This document shows positions 1-7,311 of a stretch of 31,850 nt of DNA, piece after piece. Both the position numbers and the translations under genes were made by a program. The stretch comes from a virus. Lineage: Duplodnaviria > Caudoviricetes. Each line of letters starts with the position of its first letter. Position 1 is the first letter of the stretch. Location: IMG/VR virus record IMGVR_UViG_3300029183_000248, positions 1 through 31,850 of that record. One strand, given 5' to 3'. The notes under the pieces are model-generated. The model searched no databases. It was not told the DNA's origin and was given only the letters and a program-made list of their open reading frames with translations.

Positions 1-216
1 CCCCTTCCGCAAGTACCAGCTTACTATGATCGCAATGATCGCCGGGATTGACCCGGCAACAGCGCCAGCGGTCCGCGCCTTCACCTGAAGAGTAGCAACA
101 CTCACTTCAAGCTTCGAGATATTCGCAGCCATCTTGTCCGCTTTCATCTCGATCCGCTCAAGGTCTCCGAGAACCTTCTTTTGGTAGGCGTTCCAGCCGT
201 TATCCCCTGGCGTCAT
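1..216 (-). CDS. Small coiled-coil protein with C-terminal TM helix (XhlA/holin-like); 3' end runs off the window
   Basis: Not in the ORF track. ATG at 216 lies 1 nt after the TAG (218-220) of the upstream gene. It reads MTPGDNGWNAYQKKVLGDLERIEMKADKMAANISKLEVSVATLQVKARTAGAVAGSIPAIIAIIVSWYLRKG: heptad-like N-part, hydrophobic helix, basic tail. Sits at the usual lysis-gene position after the fibres. Confidence 0.7.
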   Translation of the reverse strand, partial: MTPGDNGWNAYQKKVLGDLERIEMKADKMAANISKLEVSVATLQVKARTAGAVAGSIPAIIAIIVSWYLRKG

Positions 217-217
217 A

Positions 218-877
218 CTAATTCATCTCCCGAATGCTTTTCTGCAGGCTCCCTATGTCCCCGCGAATGTCGTAGATCTCACTCCGCGCGGCATGAAGAG
301 CGTCAACCAACGGGCTTTTCTTTTGTAGCGCATACCCTCGTGCAACAAAAGGAAATACCGACACGACACCCAGAAGATACAACAGACCCTGTGGCCACCA
401 AACAACAGAGATCACGATACTTGATACGGGAATAATGACCCCGAGAATCTTCCACCAAAGCGGAATCCCACCAGGATCACCAACACCGACCTGAGACACT
501 AAGCGAGAAGCGTCTTGGTGCGCTCCGTACATGTAGAGAGGCTTCCCGTCTTCGTCTCTTTCGATCGCTCCCCGGCAAATCACCCAGACAGTAGACCCGT
601 CTTTGTGAAGGTACCGGACAAGCAAGTTGTATCGAGTTCCGTGTTCCAGGTGGTTTCGAAATGCAGCCTTGGCCCGATCCGCGTCGTCCGGGTGGATCAG
701 CCGAAGAAATTCCCCGGCCTTGTTGGCAATCTCATGCTCCTCGTACCCGAGCGTTGCTTTGAACTTTGGACTGAACCACTCGTCTAGCTGTTCGAATGGA
801 ACCTTCCCTAACTGAGTCAGGTCGATCACCCAGACACCGTCAGTAAACAGGTCCGCGCGCCTTTCGAATTCCAGCAT
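218..877 (-). CDS. PAS-domain membrane protein (PAS/PAC, two TM helices, short C-terminal coiled coil); possible holin or lysis regulator
   Basis: PAS_3-like motifs GVWVIDL, FSPKFKATLGY, LIHPDD, RYLHKDGSTVWVICRG, DEDGKPLYMYGAHQD. Hydrophobic hairpin LWWKILGVIIPVSSIVISVVWW-PQG-LLYLLGVVSVFPFVARGYAL. ATG 877 follows AAGGAGAGGGG and is preferred over GTG 907. Confidence 0.85.
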   Translation of the reverse strand: MLEFERRADLFTDGVWVIDLTQLGKVPFEQLDEWFSPKFKATLGYEEHEIANKAGEFLRLIHPDDADRAKAAFRNHLEHGTRYNLLVRYLHKDGSTVWVICRGAIERDEDGKPLYMYGAHQDASRLVSQVGVGDPGGIPLWWKILGVIIPVSSIVISVVWWPQGLLYLLGVVSVFPFVARGYALQKKSPLVDALHAARSEIYDIRGDIGSLQKSIREMN

Positions 878-941
878 GAGGCTTGCCCCTCTCCTTGAAC
901 TTTCCACACGAAACCGTCAACGATCAAGGAAACGATTTCGA

Positions 942-971
942 AAAAACTGCGATTCGTACGTTCGTACGAAT
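942..971 (-). terminator. Inverted repeat followed by a T-tract; possible intrinsic terminator or operator
   Basis: ATTCGTACG-TT-CGTACGAAT at 952-971. On the minus strand it is followed after CGCAG by TTTTTT. Lies in the gap between the tail genes and the PAS gene. Confidence 0.4.
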
Positions 972-984
972 TTCCTTACTCCTC

Positions 985-1503
985 TCAAACCAACGCCTTA
1001 GACTTCTCTCTCTGAACCGCCTGCGAAGACTCCGTCAAGATGGTGCGGTAGCTGCAGTTGCGGCAGCGCATCGTCTTCGTCCCTGCGTCCGTGTCGATCG
1101 AGATCGTCTCAAAGCTGCGCCAGAAGCAGTTCGTGCAGATCGGACCGATCGACCACATGTCGTTGTCGTAGCTCGCATCGTCCGCCTCTTCGGTCAGCGT
1201 ATACACACGATCCGTGGAAACGTCAGCAATCGTTTCTGCGACCACGATCAGGTCCACGGTGATCGTAGGATCTGTCCCGGTCTCGTTCCACAGTAGAAGC
1301 GGGAGATGATAAAGGGCCGCCTGGACAGTTGCGATGTTCGCCGCGCTCATTACGAACCTGGCGAACGTGGCTTCCGTGTAACCGTCTGCATTCACCGTCT
1401 GTGTTTCTCGAAGGTCGAGGAAACTGCTGCTGTATGTAGTCAGGCCGTCGTTGCTCTCGAACGTTCCGTTCGTAACGACACCCAATGGAATCACAATCTT
1501 CAT
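985..1503 (-). CDS. Hypothetical protein with C-terminal CxxC...CxxC metal-binding ribbon
   Basis: ATG 1503 overlaps the upstream TGA (ATGA), giving MKIVIPLG..., 172 aa. C-terminus has CTNC and CRNC. Confidence 0.7.
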   Translation of the reverse strand: MKIVIPLGVVTNGTFESNDGLTTYSSSFLDLRETQTVNADGYTEATFARFVMSAANIATVQAALYHLPLLLWNETGTDPTITVDLIVVAETIADVSTDRVYTLTEEADDASYDNDMWSIGPICTNCFWRSFETISIDTDAGTKTMRCRNCSYRTILTESSQAVQREKSKALV

Positions 1504-2270
1504 CTCACACCCATGAACGACATCGAAATGCCCTTCCAGTTCGTGCCTGCGAACGCGATGACAGAAAATCGATCGCCCCACGCAAATCCCCAGTCCTCTG
1601 CAATTGACAGTGACTTCATTCCACCAGTTGTCTTGTCAAGAACTGCGGTACCAATCGACGACGAACTGTTCTTGCTCATAACAACGGTGAGATCGCTGGA
1701 GGGACTTCCAGAAATATCCCCCTCAATCACGAACGATCCTCTGTTCTTCGTAACCCCAGTGCCGAAGTTGGATCTGAGCCACACGGTGAACGGGAACACC
1801 ATCGCCCAGAGCGTTGTCGGGTTTGGCCCAAGGGTTCCCGGGTAGTGATGGGACCGGACGAATTCACTGCCGCCTATCGTGCGCACATTGGTTCCGTCGT
1901 ACCAGACACTGATCGTGCCCTTTGCATGAATCTCCGGCTGCGGATCTCCGGAATGACTGGCCGCCGTAATCCTGAGAGTGTTGTTTGAGTCGTTGTAGAA
2001 TGTCGCCCGCCCCTTCTTGGGACGAGCAGGAAGCGTAATAACATTCTCGGGGACGAGAGCGGCGACTTCGTCTCGCACCCAGAAGGCACCGTTCCGAACC
2101 CAGTCCTCGTCGGACAGGCTAATCGCATTCGCGTCGGCCGCGTGAAACGTGATCGTCTTACACCCCGCGATCGCGCTCGCGACCTCCCCTGTCGCACGAT
2201 TGAACGCGTCGTGAGCTACGTTCTCATGCTCCCAGAGATTGCTGATCTGTAGGTTGTCACTACGAGACAT
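1500..2270 (-). CDS. Tail fibre/tail-tip accessory protein, DUF2793-like, paralog 2
   Basis: N-terminus SDNLQISNLWEHENVAHDAFNRA. Shares blocks with the upstream gene (KTITFxxADANAI, SDEDW, TFYNxSNNTLRIT, DGTNxRTxGGSEF). Follows the GTA-like tip genes. Confidence 0.7.
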   Translation of the reverse strand: MSRSDNLQISNLWEHENVAHDAFNRATGEVASAIAGCKTITFHAADANAISLSDEDWVRNGAFWVRDEVAALVPENVITLPARPKKGRATFYNDSNNTLRITAASHSGDPQPEIHAKGTISVWYDGTNVRTIGGSEFVRSHHYPGTLGPNPTTLWAMVFPFTVWLRSNFGTGVTKNRGSFVIEGDISGSPSSDLTVVMSKNSSSSIGTAVLDKTTGGMKSLSIAEDWGFAWGDRFSVIAFAGTNWKGISMSFMGVR

Positions 2271-3020
2271 TTACCGCACTCCGATGAACGTCACCGCAAT
2301 CAGGTCCGCTCCCTGCAGGTTGGACGGCGTATGGATTTCAAGGGTGTCGTCATACGCAAAACCCCAATCCGTGGTGATGTCAACCGTACCCAATCCGCTT
2401 GTGGCAAAGTCGATCGTTCCGATCGTGGTTCCGTTCTTCTTGAGGGTCAAAGAGAACGCGGACGAAGGGGCAGTGTTTGCGAACGCAACGCACGTCGTAC
2501 GGCTTCTGGTTGCAACGGGTGACGTCCCCGTGTTTGCCAGTAGCCAAACAGTGAAGGGCATCTGCATGGCCCAGACAAGGGACGACGTTGCCGGTCCATC
2601 GAGAAACGCAGTCTGAATGAACTCGCTGCCTCCAACCGTGCGAATGTTCGTGCCATCATTCCAGACTGTCAGCGTTTGACCGTGCTGGATCTCGGGTCTC
2701 GGGTCACCCGTGTGCGTTGCAGTCGTGATACGAAGCGTGTTGTTGCTGTTGTTGTAGAAGGTGGTAAGTCCCTTCTTGATGTTCGGGCACGTGATGATGT
2801 TTTCGGGTGTCTCTACAACAACATTGTCCTCGATCATGAACGCGTTATATGTCTGCCAGTCCTCGTCCGAAATCGTGATTGCGTTTGCGTCGGCCGACTC
2901 GAACGTGATCGTCTTGACCTCGGAAAGTACCGAATCGATCGCGGCGAGAGCTTCGTTGATCTTGATGTGCTTATTGTTTTCAGAACCGGTCAACTGTGGA
3001 AAGGCTAGATTGGCACTCAT
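2271..3020 (-). CDS. Tail fibre/tail-tip accessory protein, DUF2793-like, paralog 1
   Basis: N-terminus SANLAFPQLTGSENNKHIKINEALAAID resembles the DUF2793 NLxLP...KHVTHNEAL..LD motif. ATGA overlap with the megatron-like gene. Confidence 0.75.
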   Translation of the reverse strand: MSANLAFPQLTGSENNKHIKINEALAAIDSVLSEVKTITFESADANAITISDEDWQTYNAFMIEDNVVVETPENIITCPNIKKGLTTFYNNSNNTLRITTATHTGDPRPEIQHGQTLTVWNDGTNIRTVGGSEFIQTAFLDGPATSSLVWAMQMPFTVWLLANTGTSPVATRSRTTCVAFANTAPSSAFSLTLKKNGTTIGTIDFATSGLGTVDITTDWGFAYDDTLEIHTPSNLQGADLIAVTFIGVR

Positions 3021-6000
3021 GAGAACAACTCCGTTGTGTCCTTGTTACGAATACTTACGTTTTGAATTCTTGAAAAACCACGCCCCACTTGCGACGAGAG
3101 TTGGATCACGCGTACATACACATTCAGGGTCGTCGAATCGACAATCCCGTCTTCCGTCTGATCGGCCACAGTGTACACGTACCGCTTGTCCCCGATCAGA
3201 TTTGATCCGGCCGTGTGGAAGATGTAGAGCGCACCGGAACTATCGTGCACATAAAGAATGACCTCGTACTCTTCCGAGTCCTCGAAGAGTGGTGCCGTCG
3301 GACGCAGGTCTTTGATCTGTCCGTCAACGCGAGTCCTTCGCTCCCACGTGATCCAGATGTCGCCGTTGTTCTGCCTCTCCGCAGCAATGCCGACCGGTGC
3401 ATACGGCCGCAAGCTGCTCCCCTTCGGGGTAACCGTGTAAACGGGCGCGTCCTCGAAGTCCTGGTTGAAGTGAACGACTCTCATTCTTGCCTCACCCCGA
3501 TCGAACATTCCGAGAGGGATCCGGACTACGGCCGGGGACGAGTTGCGATCGAGAAGAACCCACTCCACGCCCTTCCTCTCCGCAATATATGGTCCGACGT
3601 TCACCAGGTCTGGCGTCTCGGTCCCCTCTGCCATGGTGTCTGTTCCTCTCATGCCGCGCAACAGGTCCGAGATCTCGTAGCTATTGTCTCCTGTGTTGTT
3701 GACGGTTTTGAAGTACAGAAGCTCAACCTCGCCGTTGTCGAACAAGAACAGGATCCGGTTTACTCCGCTCCGCCACTCGTCGTCTGTGATGGTCGCAGGC
3801 TCTTCCGTCTGGTAGACAGGCTGCAGCGGAATCGTTGTACTTTCGTCCGGCAAAAGAACGCCGTTGTTTACGGTCGTGTCGTTTGTCCCGCCAGTGAAGT
3901 TCAAGTCGAGTAACATGGGCGACAGCCACTGGTGCGTTGGATCGACGACGCCCCACGAAGACTCTCTACCGACGCGACCCATCCTGGCCCAGTACGGAAT
4001 CGACACTCCAAAGATCTCGAACTCCAGAAGCACCCACACAGTTGCACTGATGAACGGGACATCGTCGTCCCTGGTTCTTGCAACAAACACGTGCAGGTTG
4101 TACCAGAGCCTGTCTTGCGCCTCCTGGTCGTCTTGTGTGTTTGGTATGTCGAGCATCATGATCTTGAGTTCTGGATAATCTCCGATCGCGCTCCCGGGGG
4201 CTGTTCCCGAATCTCCCTCAGCCGCACTCACATACTGTGCCGGGGACTGACACACCGCAGAGAACGCGAGCGCTAACCCGGCACCTGTGTCATTCGCCGT
4301 GATCCGCGCCGTATAGATTGTCCCGTCATCCATGTTGACCGTCACAACATCACCAGCATCGAGCACGACAAACTGCCAGTGCGAGTTGAACTCGTAGATG
4401 CACCGCTCTGTCCACGCCCCCTCAAGAAGCGCGGTCGCCTGCTGGCGCGCAACGTCGTCGGTCGATACGATCGGAATGTCTACCACGATCTTTTCTTCTG
4501 CCCACATTGCACGATCAGGGTATCGATTTCTCCTGGCCGGTTCGGCTCCCTGCTGCATGTCGTTGGCCAGGTTCTTGAAGCGGACAAGCGCCTCTCTCGG
4601 AAGCTCCCAGTCCTCCAGGCGATCGCTACGAAATGCGATCGAACCGTCCTCTCTGGAGATTCGGATCAAGTCAGACTCGCTGATAGTCATCACCGAAGTC
4701 GTGTTCTTTCTCTGGAACTTGATGATCCCGTCAGACTCGATCGCCTGGCACTGGAAATACTGGAACAGTTGTTCGAGAGCAGCGCGCGCGCTTGCCTGCC
4801 TCCCTACCGTGTATCCGTGCACCGTGATCGACGCGAGGTCCGTCACATCGATCTCCGATGCCTGAAGACCTACTTCTAGTGCAAGATCGCTGACGACGTT
4901 ATCTAGCGTGGCGTACTGAATACCAGTTCGGAACACGGGAAGCGCGACAAGTCCGCGCCTCTCCGCAATCGTCGTCTCAGTGGCAGCCGGATAGTACAGT
5001 CGCTGCAATTGGGAATCGAAAATGTACGGGTCAAAGGATCCTTCGCCACCGGCAACACCGTAGTCAACGGTCTCCTTCACGGAACCGTCCGATGGATCCA
5101 CTGTTACCACGTGGCTAGTCGTACTGGACTTGAACGAATAGATGTTCCGGTTGACTCGACTCCCCAGATCCTGGCCCGGGTAATACGAAACGTCGCTCTT
5201 CCATGGGAACGTAAGAGTGTTAGGGTCGTACTTCATGAACTGGATCGTGGATCCGTCCTTAGCACCGAACATGACCGTGTCGTCGGTGTTGTCATACACA
5301 AACCCGTCACCACAATCGTCGAGCGATGTGGCACCAGAAATAATGTCTGAGTCTTCCAGTGTTGCAACCAGGTCCACGGCCACGGTTTCGTTCCCATGGT
5401 TCCCTGTAATACGAACCCGGTACAGGAGCACGTCGTCAGACGAAGCCACGGAGTAGATGTCGCCAGTGAGAATCCACGCCTCCAGCTTGTCTTTCGTCGA
5501 GATGCCGCGACAAGCGGCGATGATTCGGTCGCCACTGAAAGAGAACGAGTCATTCCCCGTACTCCAAACAGTGTCCCAATCGCTTTCACGCAGAATACCG
5601 ACACACTTGTTCGACTGGTGTTTGTTCGCCCCGAGGATGTATGTGTATGGCTCTTTCCCGTTTGACCGTTCCCAGACCAGGGGCACCATGATGTGAAGCT
5701 GTGGGATGTTCCACGTCCCACCCGAGAAGGTCCAGTTGTACGGACCTCCCGATGCGCCCGACGTTCCGATCGTATCCTTCACACTCATCGTGTACTCATC
5801 AATCTTGACGACTCGAACACGGTCGGGGTCGTTAGAGTTCACGGCAGAGATGTGAACGATGTCATGATTCGGAAGCACACACATGGCAGGTGGGTATGCA
5901 CCGCCTCTGACCAGGTGCTGACCGGAAGAACTCGTGATCTGGTTCATGCGCGAGGACTCACGCACTCGATTACCGATCCCGTCGTCACCCTTTTCCGTGT

Positions 6001-6862
6001 ACTGAAAGTCGCTTCCCGAGACAGTCAGGTCCAACGGGATCGATCGGTATCCGTTCTGCGACTGATCATGTGCAGGCTCTGACACGTGAAGCCAACCCTG
6101 GCGCATCAGGAAGTCGATCGCAAAGATGTTAGGTTCGTACTCGCCCTCAACAAAACTGCTTCCCTCTGCAGGTGTCTCCATGTCGGTTTCGTAAACCGTC
6201 AGCGGATTACTGGCCGACTCCATCGCGATTTCCGCAAGGACCTCAGGAATCTTGTTTCCAAATCTCTTGAGAGGAACGTTCTCGAAGACGATGTATACCT
6301 CTCCTCGATAGCCAGGACTCAAGGCCGCGCCGACGTCGGCCTGCATCAAGGAGTCTGCGGTTTGGGTCTCAGATCCGTTGTAGAAGCGGAAGATCAGACT
6401 CTGGTCCTTATCGAAGATGTTCTCTTGCACTCCGGAGACTTGGTCGTACACGAGCGTCCCTGCGAACCAGATGCGCGTGACACCGGCCGCGACACCTTCT
6501 CCAAACCCAACGGCCCAGTTCCCGTAGTATTCGAATTCCTGAATCTTCAGGCCGCCCTCTTCTTCGCGCTCTACGACGGTCTCTGTTTCTTTCGGATCGA
6601 TCCACCAGAAGACGTTCCCCGCAGATCGATCGAGTCCGTACCGTCTCGGTCGCGGCACCCCAAGCGCACTCGTCTGCGTCTGCTGATCTCCCAGACGCGG
6701 ACCCTGCACAATGTCATCGCGGCCGCGCGAGAAGTGTCCAGACGCATCGATGACGCCGCCCACGGAAGACCCGAGCGCCCACCCTGCGGCCGCACCGCCA
6801 AGGCCACCCGCAAGAGCGCCAACGCCAGCACCGATTACACCGAATACAACAGATGCCGACAT
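3017..6862 (-). CDS. Central tail-tip/host-specificity protein (GTA megatron-like, Phage-tail_3 domain)
   Basis: Gly/Ala-rich N-terminus. GPRLGDQQTQTSALGVPRPRRYG...GNVFW, PGYRGEVYIVFEN.PL..FGNKIP, LLRGMRGT and C-terminal LRPYAPV...ITWERRTR match GTA g15-like proteins. Follows NlpC/P60. Confidence 0.85.
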   Translation of the reverse strand: MSASVVFGVIGAGVGALAGGLGGAAAGWALGSSVGGVIDASGHFSRGRDDIVQGPRLGDQQTQTSALGVPRPRRYGLDRSAGNVFWWIDPKETETVVEREEEGGLKIQEFEYYGNWAVGFGEGVAAGVTRIWFAGTLVYDQVSGVQENIFDKDQSLIFRFYNGSETQTADSLMQADVGAALSPGYRGEVYIVFENVPLKRFGNKIPEVLAEIAMESASNPLTVYETDMETPAEGSSFVEGEYEPNIFAIDFLMRQGWLHVSEPAHDQSQNGYRSIPLDLTVSGSDFQYTEKGDDGIGNRVRESSRMNQITSSSGQHLVRGGAYPPAMCVLPNHDIVHISAVNSNDPDRVRVVKIDEYTMSVKDTIGTSGASGGPYNWTFSGGTWNIPQLHIMVPLVWERSNGKEPYTYILGANKHQSNKCVGILRESDWDTVWSTGNDSFSFSGDRIIAACRGISTKDKLEAWILTGDIYSVASSDDVLLYRVRITGNHGNETVAVDLVATLEDSDIISGATSLDDCGDGFVYDNTDDTVMFGAKDGSTIQFMKYDPNTLTFPWKSDVSYYPGQDLGSRVNRNIYSFKSSTTSHVVTVDPSDGSVKETVDYGVAGGEGSFDPYIFDSQLQRLYYPAATETTIAERRGLVALPVFRTGIQYATLDNVVSDLALEVGLQASEIDVTDLASITVHGYTVGRQASARAALEQLFQYFQCQAIESDGIIKFQRKNTTSVMTISESDLIRISREDGSIAFRSDRLEDWELPREALVRFKNLANDMQQGAEPARRNRYPDRAMWAEEKIVVDIPIVSTDDVARQQATALLEGAWTERCIYEFNSHWQFVVLDAGDVVTVNMDDGTIYTARITANDTGAGLALAFSAVCQSPAQYVSAAEGDSGTAPGSAIGDYPELKIMMLDIPNTQDDQEAQDRLWYNLHVFVARTRDDDVPFISATVWVLLEFEIFGVSIPYWARMGRVGRESSWGVVDPTHQWLSPMLLDLNFTGGTNDTTVNNGVLLPDESTTIPLQPVYQTEEPATITDDEWRSGVNRILFLFDNGEVELLYFKTVNNTGDNSYEISDLLRGMRGTDTMAEGTETPDLVNVGPYIAERKGVEWVLLDRNSSPAVVRIPLGMFDRGEARMRVVHFNQDFEDAPVYTVTPKGSSLRPYAPVGIAAERQNNGDIWITWERRTRVDGQIKDLRPTAPLFEDSEEYEVILYVHDSSGALYIFHTAGSNLIGDKRYVYTVADQTEDGIVDSTTLNVYVRVIQLSSQVGRGFSRIQNVSIRNKDTTELFS

Positions 6863-6864
6863 CT

Positions 6865-7311
6865 TTACTCTTCCTCGTGCGTTTCAGTTACAAGTGAGAA
6901 GGCGCGCCTGAGCGAAGACCGCCAGCGTGAGTCGATATGCACTTCCACAACTCTTCTCGTAATGTCATGCGCATGGATGAACGCGGGTCGATTCTTCAGC
7001 GTCGTTCTAATACCGAAATGGTTGTGGAACGGACCGTGCTTGAACACCAGGAGATCTCCGTCCTCTACGTCATCCAGGGCTACAGGAGTGAAGCAACTTC
7101 GCAAGATGCTGACCAGGTTTCCTCCGGAGTAAGCAACGCGGTACAGGCGATCAATGTCATCCGGAAGATCAATCTTCTCCGCCTGGCAGACCTTCTCAAC
7201 AAACTGCACGCAGTCCACGGCACGCGATGTACTACTACGAATCCCTCGTGCGGGAATTCCGACAAGGGATCGAGCGGTCTTAACGATGGATGTCTTTTTA
7301 GGATGGGACAT
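6865..7311 (-). CDS. NlpC/P60 family tail-associated peptidase (GTA g14-like)
   Basis: ARSLVGIP, catalytic DC (AVDCVQF), GDLLVF, HFGI, FIHA. Canonical position between hub and megatron. Confidence 0.85.
   Translation of the reverse strand: MSHPKKTSIVKTARSLVGIPARGIRSSTSRAVDCVQFVEKVCQAEKIDLPDDIDRLYRVAYSGGNLVSILRSCFTPVALDDVEDGDLLVFKHGPFHNHFGIRTTLKNRPAFIHAHDITRRVVEVHIDSRWRSSLRRAFSLVTETHEEE

Noticed and set aside
6086-7132. 348-aa plus-strand ORF and the other plus-strand ORFs in the track
   Set aside because: All overlap well-supported minus-strand genes and show no domain signatures.
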